Position numbers and translations under genes: made by a program. A DNA stretch of 64,000 bases from Chloroflexota bacterium. Lineage in GTDB: Bacteria > Chloroflexota > Dehalococcoidia > E44-bin15. This document shows positions 27,932 through 39,199 of this stretch, piece by piece. The DNA is taken from positions 32,207 to 96,206 of the forward strand of contig JAXHUE010000002.1 in the NCBI GenBank assembly GCA_034189655.1, in the 5' to 3' direction. Each line of letters opens with the position of its first letter. The first letter of the stretch is position 1. The notes beneath the pieces are model-generated. The model was not told the origin of the DNA. It did no database searches and was given only the letters and a program-made list of their open reading frames with translations.

Positions 27932-28170
27932 CTCGCCATGCCGCAGGAGGAGCAGCTCGAAGAGGTGCAGGAGCCGCAGGCACTCCCCGCACCGGCAATG
28001 GAGGAGGGCTCGCCCGATGAGCCTTTGGAGAAGGCGGAGAACAGGGAGAGGAGCTTGCGCGCCGGGGCCTGGCAGCGGGGGCAGCACGCCTCTTCGCCCG
28101 ATTCACTGAAGGGGCGGCGCAGCTCAAACGTGAGGTCGCAGGCAGGGCAGCTATACTCGTAGACCGGCAT
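27928..28170 (-). CDS. FmdB-family zinc-ribbon protein with Cys/Ser-rich C-terminal tail
   Basis: MPVYEYSCPACDLTFE...CPRC matches the FmdB signature. Start at the ATG at 28170 (the track begins 13 codons upstream). Confidence 0.7.
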   Translation of the reverse strand: MPVYEYSCPACDLTFELRRPFSESGEEACCPRCQAPARKLLSLFSAFSKGSSGEPSSIAGAGSACGSCTSSSCSSCGMAS

Positions 28171-28228
28171 CTTAACCCCTCGATTACCATTGTAGCCCGC
28201 ACCGGCCATGGCGTCAATATCGTCGGGG

Positions 28229-29761
28229 CTAGGCGCGCCACGCGACGCTGCCGCCGCAGATGGTCATCTCAACCCTGATGTCGGTGAGGGCCTCGCTGGG
28301 CACGGCCGTGGGGTCGGCGCTGAGCAGGGCCAGGTCGGCGAGGAGGCCCTCCCTGATGGTGCCCCGGCCCCCTTCCTCGAACAGGGCGTAGGCGGCGCTC
28401 TGGGTGTGCATGCGCAGCGCCTCCAGCGGGGAGATGCGCTCGTGGGGCAGCACCTCGTCGCCCGACGCCGCCCTCCTGGTAGTCGCCGCGTAGATGCCCT
28501 TCAGCGGGTCGACCGGCGCCACGGGACAGTCTGAGCCCGCGGCGGGCACCAGGCCGCTCCTGAGAAAGGAGCCGATGCGGTAGAGCCAGGGGAGCTGCTC
28601 TGGGGGCACTGTCTTCAAGTAGCGCTCTCCACTGAAATAGATGAAGGAGGGGTTGGTGACCACCACGGCGTGGATGCGCTTCAATCGCTCGAGGAGCGGC
28701 GGCGGGCACACCGAGCAGTGCTCCACGCGGTGGCGATGGCCGGCACGGGGGGCCTGTGCCAGTGCCCCCTCCAGTGCAGTGCCCGCCGCCGCGACGGCGC
28801 GCTCTTCCACGGCGTGAATGGCGAGCTGGTAGCCCGCCCGGTGCGCCGCCAGCACCAGGGCACAGAGCTCCTCCTGTCCGGGGAAGAGCGCGCCCGTGGT
28901 CTCATCGAGGACGACCTTGAGCGCGCCCAGGCGTATGTCGTCATCGCCGCGGCGGGGATGGAAGCCCTGCCGACGAAGCTCGTCCAGGGCGCGGGCGTCC
29001 ATCATCATCGATATGCGGGGCGCGAGAAGCCCCCTGGCCTTCAGGCCCTGCACCCCCTCCCACTCGCCGGGCCCACTGTGCACCGTGGCGTCCTGGAGGG
29101 AGGTCACCCCCACGGAGACCAGCCTCTCGTTGGCCTGGCGGATGCCCCCCTCGAGCTCGTCGCTAGAAAGGGGCGGAACCAGGCCATCGATGTAGTGGTT
29201 CATCTCGTAGAGGATGCCGTTGGGCTCCCCGGACTCGAGGTCTCGCTCTATCATGCCCCCAGGCGGCTCGGCTGACTCCATGGAGATGCCGACCAGGGAG
29301 AGCGCCATGCTGTTTAACACCGAGGCATGCCCTGAGCGGTGGGCCAGCCGCACCGGGTTGTGGGGGGCCGCCTCATCGAGGTCCCAGCGGGTGGGGTGAC
29401 GCCCCTCGGCGAGGTAGAACTCGTTGTAGCCTGTGGCCCGTATCCAGGTGCCGGGGGCCGCAGCGCGCGCCTGCGCCGCGATGGTGCGGACTATGTCGGC
29501 TATGGAGCCCACCGCCTGCGGCGAGCAGTCTACGCTGAGCAGGCTCGAGGCGAGGGCGAAGAGGTGGCAGTGGGCGTCGATGAAGCCGGGGACGAGGGCC
29601 TTGCCCTCGCAGTCGATCTGGGGCGCGGAGTACTCACTCCGCTCCTCGTTGGCGCCGACACGGATGATCCGCCCGCCTGCGACGGCGACGAGCTGGGCCC
29701 TCGGCCGGCGCCGGTCGAGGGTGAGGACATCGGCATTGTACAGGCAGAGGTCTGCCTTCAT
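28229..29761 (-). CDS. Amidohydrolase-family metal-dependent hydrolase
   Basis: [11 protein letters not shown] metal-binding motif and overall amidohydrolase-3 architecture. Start at MKADLCLY (ATG 29761), overlapping the mnmG stop in an ATGA. Confidence 0.8.
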   Translation of the reverse strand: MKADLCLYNADVLTLDRRRPRAQLVAVAGGRIIRVGANEERSEYSAPQIDCEGKALVPGFIDAHCHLFALASSLLSVDCSPQAVGSIADIVRTIAAQARAAAPGTWIRATGYNEFYLAEGRHPTRWDLDEAAPHNPVRLAHRSGHASVLNSMALSLVGISMESAEPPGGMIERDLESGEPNGILYEMNHYIDGLVPPLSSDELEGGIRQANERLVSVGVTSLQDATVHSGPGEWEGVQGLKARGLLAPRISMMMDARALDELRRQGFHPRRGDDDIRLGALKVVLDETTGALFPGQEELCALVLAAHRAGYQLAIHAVEERAVAAAGTALEGALAQAPRAGHRHRVEHCSVCPPPLLERLKRIHAVVVTNPSFIYFSGERYLKTVPPEQLPWLYRIGSFLRSGLVPAAGSDCPVAPVDPLKGIYAATTRRAASGDEVLPHERISPLEALRMHTQSAAYALFEEGGRGTIREGLLADLALLSADPTAVPSEALTDIRVEMTICGGSVAWRA

Positions 29762-31629
29762 GACGGGCACCGTGCCCTCTCCAGGTGCACCATGAGGATG
29801 GCGCAATCGGCGGGGGTGACCCCGTCGATGCGGGAGGCCTGGCCCAGTGTCTGCGGGCGCAGGGCGTTGAGCTTCTGCCGTGCCTCGTAGCGCAGGCTTG
29901 GTATGGCGTCGTAGTCGAAGCTGGGCGGGATGCGGCGCTCTTCGAGCCGGGCCATGCGCGCAAGCTGTGCCCTCTGCTTGCGGATGTAGCCTTCGTACTT
30001 GCACTCGATCTCTACCTGCTCTGCGGTCTCGGCGTCGATGCCGTCGCGGCCCAGCCCGCAGTCGACCAGGTCTCGGTAGCTAATGTCCTGGCGGCGCAGG
30101 TACTCGAGGGCGTTTACGCTGTGGCCTACCTCTGGCGGCTGGATGTAGCTCCCCGCCAGCCGCTCGAGCTCGGCGGCGATGGCGCATCGCATCGACTCCA
30201 CTCTGCGCTGGCGCTCCCCGTCGATTAAGCCCACCTCGTGACCGATGGCGCTCAGCCTCAGGTGGGCGTTGTCCTGGCGCAGGAGCAGGCGGTACTCGGC
30301 CCGCGACGTGAGCAGCCGGTAGGGCTCGGTGAGCTCACGGGTCACCAGGTCGTCGATCATCACCCCGATGTACCCCTGGTCGCGCCGTATCACTATGGGC
30401 GGCCTGCCCTGCGCCTTGAGCGCGGCGTTTATGCCGGCGATGAGCCCCTGCCCCGCCGCCTCCTCGTAGCCGGTGGTGCCGTTTACCTGCCCGGCGAGGA
30501 AGAGGCCGGGCACGGCCCTGCTCTCCAGTGTGGCCGATACCTGGCTGGGGGGCACGTAGTCGTACTCTATGGCGTAGCCCACCCGCACCATCTCCACCCG
30601 CTCCAGTGCCGGGATGGAGCGCAGCATCTGGAGCTGCACGTCCTCGGGGAGGCTGGTGTTGGCCCCCTGGACGTAGACCTCAGTGGTCTGCCATCCTTCT
30701 GGCTCCAGGAAGAGGGGGTGGTGCTCCTTGTGGGCGAACCTGACCACCTTGTCTTCAATCGAGGGACAGTAGCGCGGGCCCACCCCCTTGATGAGCCCGG
30801 TGAAGAGGGGGGCCCGGTCCAGGTTGTCCCGGATGACCTGGTGCGTCCGCTCGTTGGTGTATACCAGGTAGCACGGGAGCTGGGGCCGCCACGGCGACGG
30901 GGCCAGCGGGTAGACCGGGTTGGGCGGTGGGAGCTCCGGGTCGGCCTGCCGCTCCCCCCACGTGCTGAAGTACAAAGGGACCTCGCTCCCCGGCTGCACC
31001 ACTGTCTTTGAGAAGTCGATGGTGCGGGCATCGATGCGGGGCGGGGTCCCCGTCTTCAAGCGCCCCAGGACAAGGCCCAGCGAGCGCAGGCTCGCCGAGA
31101 GCCCCTCGGCGGGGAACTCCCCGGCGCGGCCCGCGGCATAGCACCTGTCCCCCACGATGACCCGCCCGCCAAGTGAGGTGCCGGTGGTGAGCACCACGCA
31201 CCTGCCCTCGTAGGTGTTGCCCAGCGAGGTCCTCACCTGGAGCGCCCCCCTCCCTGTGCCCACCTCGTCGACGAGGGCCTGCTTGATGTCGAGGGAGGCC
31301 TCGCGCTCCAGGGCGAGCCTCATGGCCAGGCCGTATCGTCTCTTGTCGGCCTGGGCGCGCAGCGCCTGGACGGCAGGCCCCTTGCCGGTATTGAGCATCC
31401 TTATCTGGATGAAGCTCTGGTCGATGTTCCGGGCCATCTCGCCGCCCAGGGCGTCGATCTCGCGCACCAGGTGGCCCTTGGCCGGGCCGCCGATAGATGG
31501 GTTGCAGGGCATGAGGGCCACGTTGTCCAGGTTCATGGTGAAGATGAGCGTCCGTGCCCCCATCCTCGCCGCGGCGAGCGCCGCCTCGCAGCCGGCATGG
31601 CCTGCGCCTATCACGATGACATCGTACAT
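29758..31629 (-). CDS. mnmG: tRNA uridine 5-carboxymethylaminomethyl modification enzyme MnmG (GidA)
   Basis: 623 aa. [20 protein letters not shown] motif and full-length conservation. Confidence 0.95.
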   Translation of the reverse strand: MYDVIVIGAGHAGCEAALAAARMGARTLIFTMNLDNVALMPCNPSIGGPAKGHLVREIDALGGEMARNIDQSFIQIRMLNTGKGPAVQALRAQADKRRYGLAMRLALEREASLDIKQALVDEVGTGRGALQVRTSLGNTYEGRCVVLTTGTSLGGRVIVGDRCYAAGRAGEFPAEGLSASLRSLGLVLGRLKTGTPPRIDARTIDFSKTVVQPGSEVPLYFSTWGERQADPELPPPNPVYPLAPSPWRPQLPCYLVYTNERTHQVIRDNLDRAPLFTGLIKGVGPRYCPSIEDKVVRFAHKEHHPLFLEPEGWQTTEVYVQGANTSLPEDVQLQMLRSIPALERVEMVRVGYAIEYDYVPPSQVSATLESRAVPGLFLAGQVNGTTGYEEAAGQGLIAGINAALKAQGRPPIVIRRDQGYIGVMIDDLVTRELTEPYRLLTSRAEYRLLLRQDNAHLRLSAIGHEVGLIDGERQRRVESMRCAIAAELERLAGSYIQPPEVGHSVNALEYLRRQDISYRDLVDCGLGRDGIDAETAEQVEIECKYEGYIRKQRAQLARMARLEERRIPPSFDYDAIPSLRYEARQKLNALRPQTLGQASRIDGVTPADCAILMVHLERARCPS

Positions 31630-31792
31630 ACTGCCCGACCTCTCCCAGTTGTGGGCCCTGTATGCCTATTGTATCACCGCCGGTGGTCGCGGTCGATTGG
31701 GGGCGGCATATCGCTCTGTACCAGTGGGCTACATTTGAGTCGGGGGGTGGTGTGAGAGGTGGGCCCGTCATCGGGCTCGCGGCGAAGGGGGG

Positions 31793-33010
31793 CTAGCCCT
31801 GGCGGATGTACCTCCATACCTCCCTGGGGCTGGGGCTCTTGCCGTACATGAGCAGGAAGGTGCGGAACATCCTCGCGGCGAGCCACATGGCACCCAGTAT
31901 GGAGGCCACCAGGATGGCCAGGCTGAGCGCCAGCTCCCAGGCGGGGAACGAGGATATGCTGAGCTTCATTATCGCCGTCACCGGGGCGGTGATGGGGAAC
32001 AGGGCCAGCACGGTGAACACCACGTGGCCCGGGTTCTCGATGAAGAGGGGGATGACCATGATGGGTATGACCGCGGGCAGGGTGATGACCACGGTCCACT
32101 GGTTGCTCTCCCTGGCGTTTGAGCCCAGGGAGCCGATGGCGGCCATGAGGATGGCGAAGAGCAGGTAGCCCAGGACGAAGTAGACTATGCCCAGCACGAT
32201 GAGTCCAATGGGGATGGAGATGCCACTCAGCGGCGGCACAAAGGCCGAGGCCACCGCGGCGGTGACCACCGCCGCTGCCAGCCAGATGACTATCTGCATG
32301 AGCCCTGCCGAGCCCAGGCCCAGCACCTTCCCGGTTAAGAGCTGCCGCGTCGAGACCGAGGAGAGCAGTATCTCGATCAGGCGGTTCTCCTTCTCCTCGG
32401 CGACCCCCTGCAGCAGGTAGCCGGAGGTGGTGAACAGCGATATCATGAAGAGGATGCCGAAGATGTAGGGCATGCCAAAGGCGCTGAAGTAGTCTTCAGG
32501 GGGTATGGTCTCCCCGGTCTCCGGGTCCAGGCGGAAAGAGCTGTAGAGGATGGGCGTCTGCGCCCGCGCCAGGACGTCCTCGCTCACCTCGCCGGAGAGG
32601 AGGTTGGCCACCATGAAGTCCTCCATCGCCTCGATGGTGGCCCACGGCGGCTCCAGCTCCCGCGCCGTGGTGTACCTGGTGACCAGGCCGGTGGCCACGT
32701 AGTCTTCGGGGATGACGAAGAACTCGCGTATGTGCTCCTGCAACAGCGCCTGCCTGGCCTCCTGCGCGGTATCGTAGGGCACGAAGACGATGCCGTCCCG
32801 GTGGGTGTAGTCGTCGAAGATGCCGGTGCCGTCGACGTAGCCTATGTTCAGCTCCTCCGGCGGGGGGGTGACCACCCAGCTCGTCACCCCTATGTAGATG
32901 AGTATCCCCAGGAGTGCCAGCACGGGAAATGCCGCGGTGAGCAGTATGTAGGAGACCCTCCGTATGGTGGAGGTGAACTCGCTGCGCGCGATGATCCAGG
33001 TCTTCTTCAT
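31793..33010 (-). CDS. ABC-2 type transporter permease
   Basis: 405 aa. N-terminal TM, large extracytoplasmic loop, 5 C-terminal TM helices typical of ABC-2 exporters. 4-nt overlap with the upstream ATPase gene. Confidence 0.8.
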   Translation of the reverse strand: MKKTWIIARSEFTSTIRRVSYILLTAAFPVLALLGILIYIGVTSWVVTPPPEELNIGYVDGTGIFDDYTHRDGIVFVPYDTAQEARQALLQEHIREFFVIPEDYVATGLVTRYTTARELEPPWATIEAMEDFMVANLLSGEVSEDVLARAQTPILYSSFRLDPETGETIPPEDYFSAFGMPYIFGILFMISLFTTSGYLLQGVAEEKENRLIEILLSSVSTRQLLTGKVLGLGSAGLMQIVIWLAAAVVTAAVASAFVPPLSGISIPIGLIVLGIVYFVLGYLLFAILMAAIGSLGSNARESNQWTVVITLPAVIPIMVIPLFIENPGHVVFTVLALFPITAPVTAIMKLSISSFPAWELALSLAILVASILGAMWLAARMFRTFLLMYGKSPSPREVWRYIRQG

Positions 33011-34155
33011 CGCCCCTGCTCCACCACCTGGAGGAATATCTCGTTTAACGACGGGGTGGAGACCTGGAACCGGCTCACCCGGATGCCCCGCCCCATGAGC
33101 TGCTCAAGTATGGCCTGTGGCTCGGTATCGCCGTCGAGGAACAGCTCCACTGCCGCTCCCCGCTCCTTCCTCCCCACTATGCCCTCGATGTCGCCGATGG
33201 TGCCGTCGGCCTCCACCAGCACGGAGTTGTTGCGGTAGTGCCACTTGATCTCGGCCAGGTTGCCGTAGAGCACGACGCGGCCCCGGTCAATCATCAGGAT
33301 GCGGTCGCACATCTCCTCCACCTCGCTCATCATGTGGGTGCTCAAGATGATGGACTTGCCCTGCGCCTTCAAGTCGATGATGGTCTCCTTGATGAGCTGC
33401 CTGTTCACCGGGTCGAGGCCGGCGAAGGGCTCGTCGAGGACGATGAGGTCGGGGTCGTGCGCGATGGTCGCCAGGAACTGGATGAGCTGCCCCATGCCGC
33501 GGCTGAGCTCCTTTATCTTCTTGTCCCTGTGGGGGAGCATATCCACGTGCCCCAGGAGCTCCTCGGCCCGCTCCCTGGCGACGCGGGCATCTACGCTCTT
33601 TAAGCCGGCGAGGAACACCAGGGAGTCGGAGACCTTCATCTTCTGGTACAGCCCTCTCTCCTCCGGGAGGTAGCCGATCCTGTCCTTGGCCTCCGCGTCC
33701 AGGGGCCTGCCGAAGAGGCTGATCTCGCCCTGGTCCGGCCTGATGATGTCCATCAGCATCCTGATGGTGGTGGTCTTGCCCGCCCCGTTGGGCCCCACGA
33801 GGCCGAAGACCTCCCCGGCCATGAGGCGGAAGGAGACGTCGCTCACCACCTCCCTGCCGCCGAAGGACTTGTGGACGTCCGATACCACCACGGTCTCGCC
33901 CTTCTCGCCCTGGGGCTCACTCTGTGCCGGCGTGACGCTCACTCTGGGCACGGCAGGGCTGGGACGCGGGGCCTCTTGCTGGGGCTGGGCGTCTCCCTGT
34001 GCTGTCGTGCCGCCTGTCCCTTGCGCCGTCTCGTCGAGGTGCCGGCGCTCCTCATCCCGCTGCCTCGTGCCCCGCTGGCGATGTCTCAGCGCGATGCGGA
34101 CGATGATGACGGCAACGATGGCTACGGTGAGTACGATAAAGGTCGTGGTGTCCAT
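33007..34155 (-). CDS. ABC transporter ATP-binding protein with unusual N-terminal TM helix plus disordered linker
   Basis: Walker A GPNGAGKTT, signature LSRGMGQ, Walker B LIVLDEP. Preceded by MDTTTFIVLTVAIVAVIIVRIAL and about 60 residues of low complexity. True start could be downstream. Confidence 0.75.
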   Translation of the reverse strand: MDTTTFIVLTVAIVAVIIVRIALRHRQRGTRQRDEERRHLDETAQGTGGTTAQGDAQPQQEAPRPSPAVPRVSVTPAQSEPQGEKGETVVVSDVHKSFGGREVVSDVSFRLMAGEVFGLVGPNGAGKTTTIRMLMDIIRPDQGEISLFGRPLDAEAKDRIGYLPEERGLYQKMKVSDSLVFLAGLKSVDARVARERAEELLGHVDMLPHRDKKIKELSRGMGQLIQFLATIAHDPDLIVLDEPFAGLDPVNRQLIKETIIDLKAQGKSIILSTHMMSEVEEMCDRILMIDRGRVVLYGNLAEIKWHYRNNSVLVEADGTIGDIEGIVGRKERGAAVELFLDGDTEPQAILEQLMGRGIRVSRFQVSTPSLNEIFLQVVEQGR

Positions 34156-34219
34156 GTACCTAGCCCTTTGACGTTTAGGCCATTGTCACAGTATACTTCA
34201 GTGAGACGAGGGGGTCAAC

Positions 34220-34948
34220 GTGGACGTTGAAGAGCGAGCAGAGAGACTGGTTGCCTGGATACGTGAGCAGGTGGGCGGCGCCGGGCGCAGTGGGGTGGTC
34301 TTCGGCCTAAGCGGAGGCGTGGACTCCTCGGTGGTGGCGGTGCTGTGCACGCGTGCCTTCCCCAAGAGTACCCTCGCCGTCATCATACCCTGCTACAGCA
34401 GCGAGACCGATGTGGAGCACGCCCGCGCCGTGGCACAGCAGTTCGCCATCCCCCAGCGCACCATCGTCCTCGATGGGGCCTTCGATTGTCTCATGGCGGC
34501 CCTGCCCATGGCGGAGTACGACCCGGCCACCGGGCGTGCGGCCCAGTCCAACGTAAAGCCCAGGCTCCGGATGCTCACCCTGTACTACCTGGCGAACAGG
34601 CTGGGGTACCTGGTGGTGGGTACCGGCAACCGGAGCGAGCTCGCCGTCGGCTACTTCACCAAGTACGGCGATGGCGGCGTCGATATCCTGCCACTGGGGA
34701 ACATGGTGAAGGCCGAGGTGCGGGAGATGGCCCGCCACCTGGGCGTCCCGCGGGAGATCATCGAGAAGCCGCCGTCGGCCGGCCTGTGGGAGGGGCAGAC
34801 CGATGAAGAGGAAATGGGCGTTACCTACGAGGAGCTCGACCGCTACCTCGTGAGCGGGGAGGCCCGTCCCGAGGTCAGGCAGAGGATAGATGCCATGGCG
34901 GCGGGGTGTGCCCACAAGAAGGCCTTGCCCGCCCTCCCCCCCTTCTGA
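34220..34948 (+). CDS. nadE: NH3-dependent NAD+ synthetase
   Basis: GLSGGVDSS PP-loop motif, 242 aa. GTG start. Confidence 0.9.
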   Translation: MDVEERAERLVAWIREQVGGAGRSGVVFGLSGGVDSSVVAVLCTRAFPKSTLAVIIPCYSSETDVEHARAVAQQFAIPQRTIVLDGAFDCLMAALPMAEYDPATGRAAQSNVKPRLRMLTLYYLANRLGYLVVGTGNRSELAVGYFTKYGDGGVDILPLGNMVKAEVREMARHLGVPREIIEKPPSAGLWEGQTDEEEMGVTYEELDRYLVSGEARPEVRQRIDAMAAGCAHKKALPALPPF

Positions 34949-34967
34949 CGAATTGGCACAAATGTGT

Positions 34968-35006
34968 CACAAAGGCCTTGTGTTTCATAGGGCGGTGTGA
35001 TATGAT
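34968..35006 (+). promoter_or_regulatory. recA promoter (TTGTGT-17-TATGAT) overlapped by imperfect inverted repeat CACAAAGGCCTTGTG (possible operator)
   Basis: -35 at 34978-34983, -10 at 35001-35006. Inverted repeat 34968-34982 spans the -35 box. Confidence 0.4.
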
Positions 35007-35045
35007 TACCTGGCGATACTGATGTCTTGATACCCAGGGGGGGCG

Positions 35046-36077
35046 ATGTCCACAGAGCGGGAGAAGGCCCTGGAGCTGGCGATAGGGCAGATAGAGAAGC
35101 AGTTCGGCAAGGGCGCCATCATGAAGCTGGGAGAGGTGTCTGACAGGATGGCGGTGGACTGCATCCCCACCGGGGCCCTCGCACTCGACTTCGCCCTGGG
35201 GGTGGGCGGCATACCGCGGGGCAGGATCACCGAGGTCTTCGGGCCAGAGATGGCAGGGAAGTCCACCCTCGCGCTCCATATCATCGCTGAGGTCCAGGGC
35301 CGCGGTGGCACGGCGGCCTACATCGACGTGGAGCATGCCCTGGACCCGTCCTATGCCGCCAACTGTGGTGTCAAGGTAGATCAGCTCTTAATTTCCCAGC
35401 CTGATACCGGGGAGCAGGCACTGGAGATCGCTGAGGCCCTGGTGAGGAGCGGCGCCGTGGACGTGGTGGTCATAGATAGTGTTGCCGCCCTCGTTCCCAG
35501 GGCAGAGCTCGAGGGGGACATGGGGGATGCCCATGTCGGCCTCCAGGCGCGGCTCATGTCCCAGGCGCTGAGAAAGCTCACCGCTGCCATTCATCGGTCG
35601 CGCACCTCGGTGGTGTTCATCAACCAGCTGCGAGAGAAGGTCGGGGTCTTCTTCGGCAACCCCGAGGTCACCCCTGGTGGGAGGGCGCTCAAGTTCTACA
35701 GCTCGGTGCGCATAGACTTAAGGAGGGTGGAAGCCATCAAGGTGGGCTCGGAGACGGTGGGCAGCCGGGTGAGGGCCAGGGTGGTCAAGAACAAGGTGGC
35801 CCCTCCGTTCAAGAGCGCCGAGTTCGATATCATGTTCGACCGGGGGATCAGCAAGGAGGGCAATATCCTCGACCTGGGGGTGGAGTCCGGGGTGGTGAAG
35901 AAGAACGGTGCCTTCTACTCCTACGGTGAGACTCGCCTGGGACAGGGGCGAGAGAGCGCAAAGCACTTCCTCAGGGAGAATAGAGATATCGCAGAGGGGA
36001 TCGAGAGGGACATCCGGGCCACCGCGCTCGGCTACCAGGGCCCTGTCGATACCGCGGTGGAAGAGCTCGCGGAGTAG
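35046..36077 (+). CDS. recA: Recombinase RecA
   Basis: 343 aa. [12 protein letters not shown] Walker A and the full conserved RecA core. Confidence 0.97.
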   Translation: MSTEREKALELAIGQIEKQFGKGAIMKLGEVSDRMAVDCIPTGALALDFALGVGGIPRGRITEVFGPEMAGKSTLALHIIAEVQGRGGTAAYIDVEHALDPSYAANCGVKVDQLLISQPDTGEQALEIAEALVRSGAVDVVVIDSVAALVPRAELEGDMGDAHVGLQARLMSQALRKLTAAIHRSRTSVVFINQLREKVGVFFGNPEVTPGGRALKFYSSVRIDLRRVEAIKVGSETVGSRVRARVVKNKVAPPFKSAEFDIMFDRGISKEGNILDLGVESGVVKKNGAFYSYGETRLGQGRESAKHFLRENRDIAEGIERDIRATALGYQGPVDTAVEELAE

Positions 36078-36153
36078 AGAGCGGGCCCTCTGCGCCCTGG
36101 GCATAGACAAAGGCTGGGAGAATGGCATCCTGGCCTTTTTGTGTGTGGGTAAC

Positions 36154-36774
36154 ATGAGGGCAATAACGGGCATAGAGGTGCAGCGAGGGGGAGGTCGCCG
36201 GGCCCACGTCTTCCTGGATGGGGAGCCTGCCTTCAGCCTCGACGTGGCAGTGGCCACGGAGCAGGGCCTTGCCCTGGGGCAGGCGCTCTCCGACTCCCGC
36301 GTGGAGGAGATACTGCGGGCCGAGCGACACCACCGCTGCCGCCAGGCGGCGCTGCGACTCCTCGGCTATCGCCCCCGCAGCGAGAAGGAGATAAGGGACA
36401 GGCTGGTCCGCCGCTTCGATGGCGAGACCGTCGACGCCGTCGTGCGCGAGTTGGCGGGGCGGCAGGCCATAGACGATGAGGCCTTCGCCAGGTTCTGGCG
36501 GGACAACCGCGAATCGTTCGGCCCCCGCGGGCGCGGGCTGCTAAGGGCAGAGCTCCGGGCGAAGGGCGTTGCCGCCGATGTGGTGGACGAGGTCGTGCAG
36601 GCGGTGGACGAGGAGGAGGGGGCATACCGGGCGGCGCAGCGGAAGGCACGCACCCTGGAGCCGGACTATGAGGTGTTCAGGCGCAGGCTGGGGGACTTCC
36701 TCCGCCGCCGTGGCTACGGCTATGGTGTGGCCAGCCGTACAGTAGAGCGGCTGTGGCGGGAGCTGGGCCACTGA
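36154..36774 (+). CDS. recX: Recombination regulator RecX
   Basis: Three-helix-repeat RecX-like sequence. Start at the ATG at 36154 (the track ORF extends 82 codons upstream into recA). Confidence 0.8.
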   Translation: MRAITGIEVQRGGGRRAHVFLDGEPAFSLDVAVATEQGLALGQALSDSRVEEILRAERHHRCRQAALRLLGYRPRSEKEIRDRLVRRFDGETVDAVVRELAGRQAIDDEAFARFWRDNRESFGPRGRGLLRAELRAKGVAADVVDEVVQAVDEEEGAYRAAQRKARTLEPDYEVFRRRLGDFLRRRGYGYGVASRTVERLWRELGH

Positions 36775-36785
36775 AAATGCCTCGC

Positions 36786-36814
36786 TTGACATCGGGGTGG
36801 GGAAGGGGTAATAT
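36786..36814 (+). promoter_or_regulatory. Sigma-70 promoter for rny (TTGACA-17-TAATAT)
   Basis: Exact -35 hexamer, 17-nt spacer, TAATAT -10. 70 nt upstream of the GTG start with GGAGGTG RBS. Confidence 0.6.
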
Positions 36815-36883
36815 GGGACACTCTATGGAGGCCACACTATATGCGCTTTCAGTGCGCTTTAAATAAGTGGAGGTGAACAGGCT

Positions 36884-38410
36884 GTGGTATGGGAATGGAT
36901 AGTAGGCGTGGTGGTGGGACTGGTATTCGGGGGGTTGGTTACCTACCTGGCGCAGCGTATACTGACCACCCGTCGCATTAGGACTGCGCGCAAGGAGGCC
37001 GAGAACCTCCTTACAGAGGCCAGGACCAAGCACAAAGAGGTGCTGCTCGAGGCGAAGGAAGAGGCGATACGCATAAAGTCTCAGGCGGAGTCGGAGAACA
37101 GGGACCGTCGCGCCGAGCTCAATCGCATGGAGCGGCGCATATCCCAGCGGGAGGAGTCCCTCGACAAGAAGGGGGAGACGCTGGAGCGCCGTGAGCAGAA
37201 CCTGGTCAACAGAGAGAAGGAGGCGGACAACCTCCGTGGCCACCTCCAGGACTTGAAGCGAAAGCAGATACAGCAGCTCGAGCTCATCTCCGGCATGTCC
37301 AGCGCGGAGGCCAAGGAGTTCCTGATCAAGGAGATGGAGGATGAGGTGCGCGAGGACGCCTGTCGCCGCCTCCGGGAGATAGAGGCCCAGCTCAAGCAGG
37401 AGGCCGACGAGCGGGCCAGGGATATCCTGTCCCTTTCCATCCAGCGCTGTGCCACCGATGTGGTGTCGGAGACCACGGTGTCCGTGGTACCCCTTCCCAG
37501 CGACGAGATGAAGGGGCGCTTGATCGGCAGAGAGGGGCGAAATATCAGGGCGCTGGAGAGCGCCACCGGCGTTGACCTCATCATCGACGATACGCCGGAG
37601 GCGGTCACCGTCTCCGGCTTCGACCCGGTTCGCCGCGAGGTGGCGCGCCTGGCGCTGCAGAAGCTCATCCTCGACGGCAGGATACATCCCGCCCGCATCG
37701 AGGAGATGGTGGAGAAGGCCAGGAACGAGGTGGAGGCCACCATCCAGACCGAGGGGGAGCAGGCAGTGAACCAGGTGGGGGTGCCGGGCGTCCACCCCGA
37801 GCTGGTGAAGCTCCTGGGGCGTCTCAAGTACCGCGGGAGCTACGGGCAGAACGTGCTGCTCCACAGCATCGAGGTGGCCCACCTGGCAGGGCTTATCGCC
37901 TCGGAGCTGGGGGCGAGGGTCGACCTGGCCAAGAAGGCGGGACTACTCCACGACATCGGAAAGGCAGTGGACTTCCAGGTGGAGGGGCCTCATGCCCAGA
38001 TCGGTGCCAACATCGTGAGGGAGCTGGAGAAGTCCACCGAGGTGGTGAACGCCGTGGCCGAGCACCACGGGGAGACCGGCACCATGAGCACCCTTGGGTT
38101 CATAGTGGCCGCCGCCGATGCCATAAGCGCCTCCAGGCCTGGGGCGCGGCGGGAGTCCCTGGAGCAGTACTTAAAGCGCCTGGAGTCACTGGAGAGCCTG
38201 GCCAACAGCTTCCAGGGCGTCGAGAAGTCGTATGCCATACAGGCAGGCCGCGAGATACGCATCATGGTCAAGCCCCAGGAGATAGACGACCTCGATGCCA
38301 TGAGGCTTGCCCGTGATATCGTGAAGAAGATCGAGGAGACACTGGAGTACCCAGGACAGATAAAGGTGACCGTGATCAGGGAGACCAGGGTGGTAGACCA
38401 CGCCAGGTAG
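36884..38410 (+). CDS. rny: Ribonuclease Y
   Basis: N-terminal TM helix, coiled coil, KH domain ([11 protein letters not shown]), HD domain (LLHDIGK). 508 aa. Confidence 0.95.
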   Translation: MVWEWIVGVVVGLVFGGLVTYLAQRILTTRRIRTARKEAENLLTEARTKHKEVLLEAKEEAIRIKSQAESENRDRRAELNRMERRISQREESLDKKGETLERREQNLVNREKEADNLRGHLQDLKRKQIQQLELISGMSSAEAKEFLIKEMEDEVREDACRRLREIEAQLKQEADERARDILSLSIQRCATDVVSETTVSVVPLPSDEMKGRLIGREGRNIRALESATGVDLIIDDTPEAVTVSGFDPVRREVARLALQKLILDGRIHPARIEEMVEKARNEVEATIQTEGEQAVNQVGVPGVHPELVKLLGRLKYRGSYGQNVLLHSIEVAHLAGLIASELGARVDLAKKAGLLHDIGKAVDFQVEGPHAQIGANIVRELEKSTEVVNAVAEHHGETGTMSTLGFIVAAADAISASRPGARRESLEQYLKRLESLESLANSFQGVEKSYAIQAGREIRIMVKPQEIDDLDAMRLARDIVKKIEETLEYPGQIKVTVIRETRVVDHAR

Positions 38411-38425
38411 GTGCTGGGCAGAGCG

Positions 38426-39193
38426 GTGAGAATACTCATGCTGGGCGACGTGATCGGCAGGCCGGGGCGGAGGGCAGTGGCGGCCATGGTCCCGGTGTTG
38501 CGACGTGAATACCGGCTCGACATGGTCCTCGCCAACGGCGAGAACGCGGCCGGGGGCCTGGGCCTCACCATGGAGACGGCGGAGGAGTTCTTCGGCTGCG
38601 GCGTCGACGTCATCACCTCGGGAAACCACATATGGGACCGCAGGGAGATAGTCCCTTTCCTCGATGGCGATGTGGCCATCCTGCGCCCCTTGAACTACCC
38701 ACCGGGTGTGCCCGGACGGGGCTTCCTGGTCAGGGACGGGGTCATGGTGGTCAACCTGGTGGGGCGCACCTTCATGGGCAACTACGACTGCCCGTTCCGC
38801 GCCATGGACTCGCTTCTCGGCGAGCAGGAGGATATACCCCCGGTGATAATCGTCGACTTCCACGCCGAGGCCACGTCGGAGAAGGTGGCCATGGGGCGTT
38901 ATCTGGATGGCCGGGTCAGTGCCGTGCTGGGCACACATACCCATGTCGGCACCATCGATGCCAGGGTGCTCCCCGGCGGCACCGCCTTCGTGTCTGACGT
39001 CGGGATGACCGGCCCCATCGATTCGGTGATCGGTGACGATAGCGATGCCGTGCTGCGCCGCTTTCTGACGCAGCTTCCCCATCGCCTGTCGGTGGGAAAG
39101 GGGGCCCTGGCCTTAAATGCCGTCATGGTGGACGTAGACGAGGCGACGGGCAGGGCGAGGGGCATAACCAGAGTAGACCGGGAGATGGAGTGA
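38426..39193 (+). CDS. ymdB: TIGR00282-family metallophosphoesterase YmdB
   Basis: RILMLGDVIG...GNH...metallophosphoesterase motifs. Conserved rny-ymdB gene pair. GTG start. Confidence 0.85.
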   Translation: MRILMLGDVIGRPGRRAVAAMVPVLRREYRLDMVLANGENAAGGLGLTMETAEEFFGCGVDVITSGNHIWDRREIVPFLDGDVAILRPLNYPPGVPGRGFLVRDGVMVVNLVGRTFMGNYDCPFRAMDSLLGEQEDIPPVIIVDFHAEATSEKVAMGRYLDGRVSAVLGTHTHVGTIDARVLPGGTAFVSDVGMTGPIDSVIGDDSDAVLRRFLTQLPHRLSVGKGALALNAVMVDVDEATGRARGITRVDREME

Positions 39194-39199
39194 GGCCCT

